64,000 bases of DNA. It comes from Mobula birostris (taxonomy: Eukaryota). Where the stretch lies: NCBI RefSeq assembly GCF_030028105.1, contig NC_092377.1, positions 138,486,104-138,550,103 of the forward strand, in the 5' to 3' direction. A program made the translations under genes and the position numbers. Position 1 is the stretch's first letter. Each line of letters begins with the position of its first letter. Below, piece by piece: positions 51,256-63,173 of this stretch. The notes under the pieces are model-generated. The model worked only from the letters and a program-made list of their open reading frames with translations, searched no databases and was not told where the DNA came from.

Positions 51256-51741
51256 GTTCATGGGGATAGGGGGTCAGGGGAGGGCTGGTATAGAGGTGCA
51301 GGGAAGTGATATTGCAATTGGGTGGGGTGGGGTTGTGGGAAGGGGAACAGCACCAGAGGTCAAATTGAACAGGTTACTAGAGCTGGTGGTGGTGGTGGTG
51401 TGATGCATATGATTTGCAACACACAGACAATGCTGGAGGAACTCAGCATCTGTGGAAAAGAGTAAACAGTCGAGACCCTTCATCAAGATTGGAAAGGAAC
51501 GGCAGAAGTCAGAATACGGTGGGAGGAGGGAAGGAAGTAGTAGAAGGAGGCAGGTGATAAACGAAACTGAGGAAGGGGTGAATTAAAGAGCTGGGAAGTT
51601 GATAGGTGAAAGAAATAAAGGGCTGAGAAGGGGAAATCTGGTTGGTGAGGACAGGAGACCATGGAAGAAAGGGAAGGAAAGGAATGTAGATTGTTCAACA
51701 AATATAATGATTCAATGTAAAATTCATGTCATGTATGACTG

Positions 51742-52029
51742 TCATCATAATACCTACCAATGCTCACCACTAAAATCGAGGTGAGAAGACTGCAATTAGT
51801 GGAATACTGTCTACACCACCCCAAGCTACCTGCCAACCTAGTCATCATATGGGAGCCCAAGCATGGGAGGATGAACCCTGAGCGCCCTCCCAAGACTACG
51901 GTCAACACGCCCCCAGAAGACAGTGGCGCAGCTAATGTAGATGAACTGACCCCACTGATGAGGGAGAAGTGGAGAGTCCGTCATCGTGCCCAACACCGGC
52001 CCTCTAGGCCTGAGTCGACGTCGTAGTAG
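51742..52029 (+). mobile_element. RTE-X-like 3' fragment (same family as 22599-23155), 12-bp TSD
   Basis: CATGTATGACTG at 51730-51741 and 52030-52041; ends RPEST(S)*(GTA)n. Confidence 0.88.
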
Positions 52030-52065
52030 CATGTATGACTGAAGGAAGTATGATTGAACTTGGTA

Positions 52066-52219
52066 CAGGTTGACCTTCACTAATTCGACTACCTATAATC
52101 TGGTTCCTTCGATAAACTGGCACTGATTATGCTTAATGTGATCCTTCTGTAATTTGGCATTTTCACTAATCTAGCACTCCTCTGGTCCCAATGGTGTCAG
52201 ATTAGTGAAGGTTGACCTG
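52066..52219. mobile_element. Tigger/pogo-type MITE, 154 bp
   Basis: TA|CAGGTTGACCTTCACTAAT ... ATTAGTGAAGGTTGACCTG|TA. Confidence 0.85.
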
Positions 52220-52729
52220 TATTTCATTTTGAACTATTACAATATAGCCTGTACACATGCAATTACTGAGTGTATGCTACAAAGCAAAAATGTAAAAAAA
52301 GGTCCTACCAGTTTGTGCAAGATAATTGCTTGACAATAATGGGATTTCTCCTTTTGTCCTTGGTGCTAGGTGAATGGTGGTGATTACCTGCTGGAAAATA
52401 CAAAATTAAATTGGTTTATTATTGTCACGTGTACCAAGGTTCAGTGAAAATTTATACAGATCAATTCATTACAACAGTGAATTGAGGTAGTGCGAGGTAA
52501 AACAATAACAGATTGGTTCTATCGGAGTTCGTTGTGATACTCTCATCCTTGCATTATCAATTTCACTGATAAGACACACATGCAATATGATTAGCTAAAT
52601 GAGCTATGATGGAAGTCCCTTCATGCACATGTTGAGATGGATGAACTTTTTAAGAATATGGAAAACTATTTTGGACCTTCTACAGGGGTAGAGGTGGTCA
52701 GTAGTTGGACCTGGTTTGAATAAACTGAT

Positions 52730-53330
52730 CAAAGTTCAAAATGTGGGCATTCACAGTAAGCACAAAAAAACACAATAAAATCAATGAAAAATGCACACAC
52801 CAGTTAGGACAAACAGCCAGTGTTCAAAAAGACAAACTACAAATACAAACATGAACCGAAGAGTCCTTGAAAGTGAGTCTATAGGTTGTGGGAACAGTTC
52901 AGTGCTGGGGTGAATAAAATTGAGTGCATTTATCCTCACTGGTTCACGAGCCTTTTGGTTCAAGGGTAATTACTGTTTGTGAACCTGGTGGTGAGTTCTG
53001 ACACACTTCCTTCCTGATGGCAGCAGCGAGAAGAGAGCATGTCCTGGGTGGTGTGGGTCCTTGGTGATGGTGCTGCTTTCCTGTGGCAGCGCTGCTTGTG
53101 GATGAGCTCAGTTGTGGGAAGGCTTTACCCATGATTGACGAGCTATATTCATGACTTTTTGTAGGCTTTTCCATTCAAGAGCATTGGTGTTTCCATGCCA
53201 GGCTGTGATGCAACCAGTCAGTATACTGTCCACTGTGCATTTATAGAAATTTGTTAAAAGTCTTCGATGACGTGCTGACTCTTCTAAGAAAGTGGAGGTG
53301 CTTTCATTGTAAAGCACTTCCATGCTGGAC
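52730..53330 (-). mobile_element. Rex1 LINE 3' fragment
   Basis: FYKCTVDSILTGCITAWHGN. Confidence 0.85.
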
Positions 53331-55196
53331 TCGGGAAGAGGACTGGCTCACAGACCTCCAGTTTCCTTCTCCAGCAGACAATCATTGACCATGGAGGTGT
53401 AGTGTGGAGCTAAGTTTTATTAAAAATCTAGAGGAAAGATCAAGCTCACCAGCAAATAAATCAAGGATCAATTTTATTTGCCATAAACATGTATTGGAAA
53501 TTTGCTGTGGTGTGTTGGTCAGGGTGTGTCATGCAACAAACAAACAACATTCAACAAATATAAGAATTATATAAAAATGAAGTTGGAGATTAAAGTATGG
53601 CTATGGAATAAAATGTTCATAACATTTTATGAACATATTGACAATGTAAGCAACATTATAAAAAGTGGTTTAAAGTGTTTATAGTGTTGTGCAAAGACAG
53701 GGGTAATAGGTGGGAATGAGATTCTAATTAGAATGGTTGGGGGAAGAAGCTTTTAAGTTGACTTGAAGTTTTGGTTTTAGTAGCATTATAATGCTTTCCA
53801 GCGGGGAGCTTTTGAAAACGGCTGTTTGCAGGGTGGGTAGTATCCACAATGATTTTTTTCCTGCCCGCTTCATTGTCCTCGACACATACAAGTACTACAG
53901 TGATGGTAGCTAGCAGCCAATGACCTTTTTTTCTGTTGACCTGTGTAGTTTTAGTATATTGTGAGCTGATACTGCATCGAGCCAGACAGTAATGGCTGAT
54001 GTGAGGATGCTCTGTGTGGTGGCAGAGTAGAATTGCACAAGTACGTTCCGGGGAAGATGGAATTTTACCGATAAGCTACAGTACCTAAATAATTTAACTG
54101 GTTCTTTTTAATTTGTCAGGAATCCTAGTTTAGAGTTCAAATAAAATTGCAGTTAAAACATGTATATAGAGTCTTCTTAAGAAGTTTAATTGTTTGATCT
54201 TTTACCAGGAAAAATGAAAGTTGGTGGATGAGTTTGAAATTTTTGTTTTATTTTACTCACTAAACTCCACCTATTGTTTCTTGGTGCTTAAAACTCCCAT
54301 ATGATGTAGTCAGAAAAATCCGCACTAAACCTTCGCACAGTACTTAATTTGTATGCTACCTTAAGTAGCTGATATTTTGGTTTCCACTTCTATGTTTGCT
54401 CATTGCTTTCACTAATTGCAAAATGAATCATGTATCCAATTAAAAGTGAATTAGATAATGCTTGAGAGGAAGTAGCCTGCTGGGCTAGCTGGGAAAAAAC
54501 AGGGCGTTGAGACTGAATAATTTGCTCCACAAGGAACAGGCACCGTCTCAGGTTGGGTGGTTCCTTTCTATACCATTACAATTCTGTGAATAAGGTACTG
54601 TAAGTTGCAAAGGGAGCACAAGAGCTTACTAAATTGTTTCTTATTAAAAATGCCTTCATATAGAAAATTCAACTGACAGAATTTAATCCCTCTAAATCTA
54701 AGGTGATGTACTTTGAGTGGCCAATAAAGGTAGGGGATAAGCAAAAAGGTTCCCAGGGAGTATTAAGGAACAAAGGGAACTTGTTATGCAAGGCCAAAAA
54801 TCCCTGAAGGTGCAACACCAGTCGATAGGGTGGTGAAGAAGGTATGCCAGATGTTTGCCATCATTAGCTAGGGTATAGAATATAAAAGTAGGAAGTTCTT
54901 AATACAAATTATAAAACATTGGTTAGACCACAGCATGTTGTGTCCAGTTCTGGTTACCGTGCAGGATAGAGTGCAGAGACCATTCACTGGGATGATGCCT
55001 GGGAAGGACAATTCAATGATGAGGAGAGAAGGGTTTCTTGGTATGGAGAAGCCTGAGGGGGGAGCTCATGCAGGTTTATCAAACTATGAGGGACGTAGAT
55101 GGGAAGAAACCTGTTTGTGGCAGAAGTGTTTATGGTGAGGGGGAAGTATGGATCTGAGGAAGGTTTTTCAAGAGGGTAAAAAATTGCCTGAGAAGA

Positions 55197-57725
55197 TCAG
55201 AATTAGATTTATTATCACCGGCATGTGTCATGAAATCTGTTAACTTAGCAGCAGCAGTTCAATACATAATATAGAAGAAAAATAAATAAGCAAACCAATT
55301 ACAGTATATGTATTTTGAATAGATTAAAAATCATGCAAAAACAGAAATAATATATATTTAAAAAGTGAGATAGTGTTCAAGGGTTCAATGTCCATTTAGG
55401 AATCGGATGGCAGAGGGGAAAAAGCTGTTCCTGAATTGCTGAGTACGTGACTCAAGGCATCTGTACCTCCTACCTGATGGTAACAGTGAGAAAAGGGTAT
55501 ACCCTGGGTACTGGAGGTCCTTAATAATGGATGCTGTCTTTCTGAGATATCGCTCCTTAAAGATGTCCTGGGTACTTTGTAGGCTAGTACCCAAGATGGA
55601 GCTGACTAGATTTACAACCCTCTGCAGCTTCTTTTGGGCCTGTGCAGTGCCCCCACCCCTCATAACAGACAGTGATGCAGTCTGTAGGAATGCTCTCCAC
55701 AGTACATCTATAGAAGTTTTTGAGTGTATTTGTTGACATACCAAATCTCATCAAACTCCTAATGAAGTATAGTCACTGTCTTGCCTTCTTTATAACTGAA
55801 TCAATATGTTGGGACTAGGTTAGGTCCTCAGAGATCTTGACACCCGGGAACTTGAAACTGCTCAATCTCTCCACTTCTGATCCCTCTCTGAGGATTCGTA
55901 TGTGTTCCTTCATCTTACCCTTCCTGAAGTCCACAATCAGCTCTTTCATCTTACTGACTTTGAGTGCCAGGTTGTTGCTGTGGCACCATTCGCATTCAGT
56001 TAGCATATTTTGCTCCTGTATGCCCTCTCGTCACCATCTGAGATTCTACCAACAATGGTTGTATCATCAGCAAATTTATGGATGGTATTTGAGCTATACC
56101 TAGCCACACAGTCATGCGTATATAGAGAGTAGAGCAATGGGCTAAGCACACTCCCCTGAGGTGCACCAGCATTGATCATCAGCAAGGAGGAGATGTTATC
56201 ACCAGTCCACACAGATTGTGGTCTTCCGGTTAGGAAGTCAAGGATCCATTTGCAGAGGGAGGTACAGAGGTTCAGGTTCTGCAACTTCTCAATCAGGATT
56301 GTGGGAATGATAGTATTAAGTGCTGAGCTTTTGTCAATAAACAGCGTCCTGACATAGGTGTTCGTGTTGTTCAGGCAGTCTAAAGACGTGTGAAGTGTCA
56401 TTGAGATTGCATCTGCCGTTGACCTATTATGGCAATAGGCAAATTACGACGGATCCAGTCTAGTCACGATCAACCTCTCGAAACATTTCATCACTGTATA
56501 TGTGAGTGTTACCGGGCGATAGTTATTAAGGCAGCTCACATTATTCTTCAGCACCGGTATAAGTGTTGCCTTTTTGAAGCAAGTGAAGACTTCCGTCTGT
56601 AGCAGAGAGATGTTGAAAATGTCCTTGAATACTCCACCAGTTAGTTGGCACAGGTTTTCAGAGTCTTACCAGGTACTCCATCGGGACCTTTTGCCTTGCG
56701 AGGGTCCACTCTCTTTAAAGACAGCCTAACATTGGCATTTGAGACAGATTATAGGGTCATCAGTTGCAGCCTTGAATGCCACAGATCTAACCTTCAGCCG
56801 ACGATGTACCTCCTGGTTCATCCACAGCTTTTGGTTTGGGAATCTAAGTCTTTGTAGGCACACACTCATCCACACAGGTTTTAATGAAGGCGAAAACAGC
56901 ATTCTCAGCATTCTCATCCAGGTTTGAAGATGAATCTCTGAATACAGTCTAGTCCACTGATTCAAAGCAGTCCTGTAAGTGCTCCTGTGCTCCCCTTGTT
57001 CATACCTTCTTGGTCCTAACTACTGGTGCTGCAGTCTTCAGTCTTTGCCAGAACTTAGGGAGCAGAAGTACAGCCAGGTGATCAGACTTCCTGAAGTGAG
57101 GGCGTGGAATAGCGTGGTAGGCATTCTTGATGGTGGTGTAACAATGGTCCAGTGTGTTGTTTCCTCTTGTATTGATGGTAATTGCTTAGTGATTTTTTTT
57201 TCAGACCTGCCTGGTGAAAGTAATCTAACACGATGATGAAAGCTTTAGGGCATGCTGTTTCATGCATGTTGATCCTATTGCTCAGATCATCTAAAGCCTG
57301 ATTGACATTGACCTCAGGTGGAATGTATACTGCTACCAAAATGGTCCCAGAAAACTCTCGAGGTAGGTAAAAAGGATGGCACTTAACTGCGAGATCTTCC
57401 AGGTCCGGTGAGCAGAATTAGGATGGCACTGATATATTTGTGCACCAAGAAGAGTTGATCATGAAGCATGTTCCTCCACCTCTGTGTTTGAGAGACTCTA
57501 TAGATGTATCCTGAAGATGTATCATAAACCCGTCGAACTGAATCACTGCATCCAGTACGGAAGGGGTTAACCAGGATTCTGTGAAACAAAGGACACTTGC
57601 AGTCCTAATCTCCCACTGATTCAGCACCCTAGCTTTGAGCTCATCGGTTTTATTCACCAGGGAGAGCACGTTTGCCAGCAAGATACAGTAGTCGGTACTG
57701 GGAGTTTAAAACTCTGTTTCCTTAA
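55197..57725 (-). mobile_element. Near full-length but disrupted Rex1/Babar LINE (APE endonuclease + RT)
   Basis: LANVLSLVNK...LCFTESWL...GGGTCF...VAVYIPP (APE); [13 protein letters not shown]...[20 protein letters not shown]...KFADDTT (RT); multiple frameshifts and deletions. Confidence 0.93.
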
Positions 57726-57809
57726 ATGCACTTATATCCCCGACCCGCAGTCATGTTTTCTGCGTGGAATCCTATGAGGATGGATCCGTCCCAAATCAGC
57801 ATTGTTTCC

Positions 57810-58480
57810 GCAACACACGTCAAAGTTGCTGGTGAACGCAGCAGGCCAGGCAGCATCTCTAGGAAGAGGAACAGTCGACGTTTCAGGCCGAGACACTTCG
57901 TCAGGACTAACTGAAGGAAGAGTTAGAGATTTGAAAGTGGGAGGGGGAGATCCAAAATGATAGGAGAAAACAGGAGTGGGAGGGATGGAGCCAAGAGCTG
58001 GGCAGGTGATTGGCAAAGGGGATATGAGAGGATCATGGGACAGGAGGCCCAGGGAGAAGGAAAGGGGGGGCACCCAAAGGATGGGCAAGGGATATAGTCA
58101 GAGGGAGAAAAAGGAGAGTGAGAGAAAGAAAGTGTGTATAAAAATAAATAATGGGATATGAGGGGGAGGTGGGGCATTAGCGGAAGTTAGAGAAGTCAAT
58201 GTTCATGCCATCAGGTTGGAGGCTACCCAGATGGAATATAAGGTGTTGTTCCTCCAGCCTGAATGTGGCTTCATCTTTACAGTAGAGGAGGCCGTGGATA
58301 GACATGTCAGAATGGGAATGGGATGTGAAATTAAAATGTGTGGCCACTAGGAGATCCTGCTTTCTCTGGCGGACAGAGCGTAGGGGTTCAGCAAAGTGGT
58401 CTCCCAGTCTGCGTTGGGTCTCGCCAATATATAGAAGGCCACATCGGGAGCACCGGACGCAGTATGTCACCCCAGCCGAC
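57810..58480 (-). mobile_element. Penelope-like element 3' fragment: GIY-YIG endonuclease ORF end + 3'UTR with hammerhead (57873-57908)
   Basis: YCVRCSRCGLLYIGETQRRLGDHFAE...VATHFN...RLEEQHLIFHLGSLQPDGMN; downstream AGTC-CTGACGA-AGTGTCTCGGCCT-GAAA-CGTC-GACT. Confidence 0.92.
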
Positions 58481-58494
58481 TCCGCATCCCATTA

Positions 58495-58956
58495 ATTCCA
58501 CATTTATTTTTCCTACATTTACACACTTAGTCCAGCGGTCGTGGAGCATACGGATCCCTTCTTTGTAGAGGTCAGCGTCTTGGACCTCTACAAACCAGCA
58601 CATTTATTTTTCAACATAGTCTCCTCCTACACGTACACACTTAGTCCAGCGGTCGTGGAGCATACGGATCCCTTCTTTGTAGAAGTGGTCCACAGCACGG
58701 GTGATTGATAAGGTGAACTCTTTGAGTGAAAATGCAGAAAGTTTGAAGTTAATAACTCATCGCCTTCTACCTTCGGCCAAGAACTTATCAATCACCCCTG
58801 CTGTGGACCACTTCTACAAAGAAGGGATCCGTATGCTCCACGACCGCTGGACTAAGTGTGTACATGTAGGAGGAGACTATGTTGAAAAATAAATGTGCTG
58901 GTTTTTTAAAATTGACTCCTCCTACCTTAGGCCACAAACTTATCAATCACCCCTCG
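58495..58956. mobile_element. Mariner-derived fold-back element
   Basis: Mariner transposase C-terminus FYKEGIRMLHDRWTKCVHVGGDYVEK* present on both strands; right TIR cttatcaatcacccctcg|TA. Confidence 0.85.
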
Positions 58957-59964
58957 TAAAACTTTTGATTAGTTACATTGATGTGACTTGATGGTTATGC
59001 TTGTGAATTACTGGCAGGGTGGGAACCGTCAAATCTGAGCTTAATTCTGTTCTCAACAGCCTTCATATGCTTTTACAGTGTGACTTAATGATAATGCAAA
59101 ATGAATATTACCTTTTGAACATTGCAGCAATTAATTAAGAACAGAGTTGCTATTGTGAACTAGAAACTGAACTAAGTTCACTTAGGTTATGGGCCAATTT
59201 TTACTTCCTGATAGAGGCAAAAGCATTTAGGAACTACTATAAACAAAATTAGATTTTCTATAGTTGACATGGAAAAGTTACGGACTAGTAATACTGTAGT
59301 TGGTAATGAATAAACAATAGGACATATAAACTTGCTATAAAACTTAAGTTTTAACCTAAATTCTTAATTATATTCTTAGAAATAATTTCCTCTATTTAAA
59401 ACTTAAAATGCTTTTTAAAGATTTTTAACAAATCTGCTGAATGTTCTCGCTTCCTAATAGCACTAGCTACATGAAAAAGGATCTAGATCTAGCACTAGGT
59501 ACAATTTGCTGGATGTGGTGCCGTCTCTTTAATTCCAGGCATACAGATTGAATGGGTAATTTTTTCTATTGTGATAATGAAGTATTAGAAATCTTGACTG
59601 ATATTTCACTGGATAGAGTTCAATTTTGTGCTTTTAATTGGTTTCTACATGGTGAAGTCCCAACTCTGATTTTATAGCTTATTAGTGCAAAATGTAGTAC
59701 ATTTGAGCTTTATGTTTTAATGCCAGGTTTTCTTGAAGAAATTAGAGTATTTAATATACATGTTGCTTCTGTGGTGATGGGTTTAAAATATTGCCCCAAA
59801 TTTCTAACTATGTGTAAGTTTTTTAAAAACATACAAGCTGGCATTCCACTTGTTAAGTAAAACATTGCCTAAACTTATTAATAGTGTCATTTTTGTATTT
59901 TAAAAATAATTAACATGTTATATAAATACATCATTTAAAGTCACGTGTTCTGTTTACAGACGAC

Positions 59965-60011
59965 ATGGCTTATTGCAACTATTCCTTACTTACCTCTGTT
60001 GCCAGATCAAG
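59965..60011 (+). CDS. LETM2: LETM2 (LETM1-domain mitochondrial protein), first coding exon (exon 59960-60011; 47 coding nt, MAYCNYSLLTSVARS(R))
   Basis: tgttctgtttacAG|acgacATG...TCAAG|GTAAGA with good splice sites. Peptide resembles the recalled human LETM2 N-terminus MAFYSYNSVLAIARTR. NSD3-LETM2 head-to-head synteny is established in vertebrates. Too short for the ORF track. Confidence 0.85.
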
Positions 60012-60171
60012 GTAAGATGGAGAACCCTCATATTAAAGTTATATTGCTAAGGAACAGTTATATTTGAAATTGATGAACTCCTGCAATATCATTTTCAGCA
60101 GATGATGTTGTTTTGTATACTGACTGCACAGTCATAATAATTGCTCAGGATTTCTTTTCCTGTCAAAGCTG

Positions 60172-60193
60172 TAAAAAAAAAAAAAAAAAAAAA
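60172..60193. repeat. Poly(A) tract in LETM2 intron 2
   Basis: Run of ~21 A. Confidence 0.9.
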
Positions 60194-61289
60194 TTCAGTG
60201 TTTAATTCTAGTTAGCATGAACGTGTATGTATGCCCATCTCATTTTCTTATATACACATCCACAATTTTCTTGTGGTTCCATTCACATCCTCCATATGAC
60301 AGAAATGTGCACAATCAGTGTTGGAAATTGTGCCTCTCAGTGCTGAGAAAGATAAAGTAATATTCTTTTACTCATTTCTGCTAGTACATAAATGATATAT
60401 ATGGGGAGCTTGTCATTTCTCAAACAACTGGATAAATGTAATTCAGGACATTGTCTTTAACGAATGCTTGGAAAAGAAGGTTTTTATACATAGTGTATTC
60501 AGAGTTTGTGATTGGTATCCTTCATAAATACAGAAATGGAAAATAGTTGTACTGAGGCCATAATTTTGTTGAAAATGGAAGCAGTTTTATTCTCCTAAAC
60601 TAAGCAATCAATATTGAAAAATTAAATTCCTTATTTCTAGAAAAATGTTTCTTCAAGCACCCCTGATGTCTCAATTGTTTAAGGCATTGTGCCATAGAAC
60701 TGCAGACACATAGAGATAGATAGATAATAAAGGTGTAAATAGGCAAGAAAAATGTATATTACATGTATAATATTTGTTCCATCTTGGTCATTTTCATCTT
60801 CAGTTGAGCTGAATGAGTGGGAGGCAAATATAGATACTCTTTGATGTTTCGTGACAGAAGCACAGTGTTTCCTCCAAAATTAGAATGTGTGAAGATATTA
60901 CAATCTTGTGTATGGACTTAGGAAAACAAAATGCTTTGGTGGCAGATGGGCAGGATTATTTATTTCAAATGGAATGTTACTTTTTTAATTGATTAATTGA
61001 ATTTACTACATTTAAAAATGTTCTCCATAATTGTATTGCTGATCTTGGGCTACTTAACTGAGAGAACATAGAATAGTAACAGCACAGATCAGGCCCTTCA
61101 ACCCCAATGTTGGTGCCAATTGTGATGCCATTTTAAACTGTATATTTGCCTACACATAGTCTATATCCCTCAATTCTCTGCTTGTTCATGTAACTGTCTA
61201 CATTCTTTCTAAACATTGCTGCTGACTTCCCTGGTGGCATTCTAGGTGCTACTACTCTTTGTGAATTTCCTAACAAAAAATGCTGTATA

Positions 61290-61995
61290 AACACTTTCCT
61301 TCTCTCACCTGGACAGCAAAGATGCATACATCAGGGTGCTCTTTATTTACTACAGCTCAGCGTTCAATACTATCATCTCTCAAAAGTAATCAAGCTTCAA
61401 GACCTTGCCCTCAATACCTCCTCGATTTCCTCACTTACAGACCAGAGTCAGTTTGGATTGGCAACAACATCTCCTCCGTGATCTCAATCAGCACAGGTGC
61501 ACCACAAGGCTGTGTGCTTAGATACTGCTCTACTGGCTTTACATTTATAACTGTGCGGCTAAACACAGCTCCAATGCCATATTCAAGTTTGCTGATGACA
61601 CCACTATTGTATGCCCACTCAAAGGTAGTGATGAATCACATATAGCAGAGAGATGGAACATCTGGTTGAGTGGTGCCATAACAACAACCAGCAAGACTAA
61701 AGAGCTGATTATTGACTTCAGGAGAAGGAAACGAGGTCTATGAACCAGACCTCATTGGGTCAGAGTTGGGGAGAGTCAACAACTTTAAATTCCTCTGTGT
61801 TATTATTTTGGAGGGTCTACCCTGACCCCAGCATGTAAGTGCAATTTCGAAGAAAGCACGGCAATGCCTCTACTTCCTTAGGAGTTTGTGAAGATTCAGC
61901 ATGATGTTTAAAACTTCGACAAACTTCTGTAGATGTATAGTGGAGAGTATGTTGACTGGCTACATCATAGCATAGTATGGAAACACCAATGCCCT
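61290..61995 (+). mobile_element. Rex1 LINE fragment
   Basis: [51 protein letters not shown]. Confidence 0.88.
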
Positions 61996-62115
61996 TACTA
62001 GCTCTTCCTTCAGTTAGTCCTGAGGAAGGGTCTTAGCCCAAAAAGTCAACTGTACCTCTTCCTAGAGATGCTGCCTGGCCTGCTGCGTTCACCAGCAACT
62101 TTGATGTGTGTTGCT
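61992..62115 (+). mobile_element. Penelope-derived short element, hammerhead core mutated (62016-62051)
   Basis: ctcttccttcagttagtcctgaggaagggtcttagcccaaaaagtcaact...gatgctgcctggcctgctgcgttcaccagcaactttgatgtgtgttgc. Confidence 0.85.
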
Positions 62116-62259
62116 CAACATCATGTGACATGTCATCAATATGTTGATTTGTCATACTGTTTGAGAGTGAAACCTTTTCAATTTCTTATCCTAGCATTTT
62201 ACTCACTATAAATTTTACATGTGGCATTATTAGGTTCTCACTAACTGTGTGTCTTTTCC

Positions 62260-63173
62260 TTTTCTGGGAAACAAGTTCTGCTACTAAATAACTTGTTTCC
62301 TGAGTCTTTTTACTGACTGTGACTTTATTAACAAAAGTTTTACTCTGTTTTGAGATTCCAATAGCTGTTTTAAAATAAACAGCATTTTTTAATGTTATAT
62401 GGCTATGATTTGTAGCTGTGTCTTTTCAATTTTGCGGGAGCCATTGCTGCATTTCTAAGTTGTTTGCCACAGACTAGGCACAATGGAATAGGACAACTTG
62501 GATCACTAGTACATGTAAATCTCATTGATAAGTAGCTTTCATTGTAAATACAGACTTCTTTTTTGTCCATTGCTGCCCTAGTGCAGTGAAATGACTCAGA
62601 AGATTGTAATTCTTTATCATTATTCTTATCAGAATCTGAACAAGAAAACCGCAAAATATATGCAATTCTCTTCTGACCTACACAATCCACCTTTTGCAAC
62701 CTTTACAAAAGCAGCAAGGGAGCAGGCCAGCAGCTGAGTCATGGTGTGTAAAAATTCCTTCTTTAGAATGAAAATTTCCCTCCAATTTTCCACTATAGTT
62801 CGCTCTCATAATTTAGTTGGTGGCGTGCAAGGAGAAGTTGGGGAGGAACACAGCCCAATTTGGACAAGTCTATTCAATGCCTGGAAAACACACTTCACAC
62901 TCATCAGCCTACCATCCTCCCCTCAGTGCAATGCAGTGCTCACCAATTATCGATGGCCTTCCCTATCTCATGTCAAAAACTGAGAATGGACTCAACCAAA
63001 TAAACACAGTCCTACTGCACACTGCCATACTGGGCTGAGAGACCTCTGATGAGATGGCTAATGGAGCTGCTTGGTCACTGCCAGTGCTAGCATCATGCGT
63101 TACAAGAAGTTCAAAAAATGATGTTTATTTTTTTAAGTCGCAACCTTTTGCGAACCCCAGTTGTGAAACCTTG
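62260..63173 (-). mobile_element. hAT Charlie/Buster-type transposon fragment (5' part)
   Basis: [43 protein letters not shown] zinc finger typical of Buster transposases; terminus caaggtttcacaactggggttcgc at ~63173. Confidence 0.82.

Noticed and set aside
48501-51261. Long Pro-rich (344, 191, 385 aa) and Gly-rich ORFs
   Set aside because: Translation artefacts of the minisatellite: the C-rich strand lacks stops, frames shift with homopolymer length, and there is no splice or domain support.
55385-57681. Active LINE
   Set aside because: ORF is broken into many short frames with internal deletions.
62403-62699. Domesticated Buster/ZBED gene
   Set aside because: Only the N-terminal zinc finger is present, followed by a frameshift and stop; it sits in a decayed transposon with a visible terminus.
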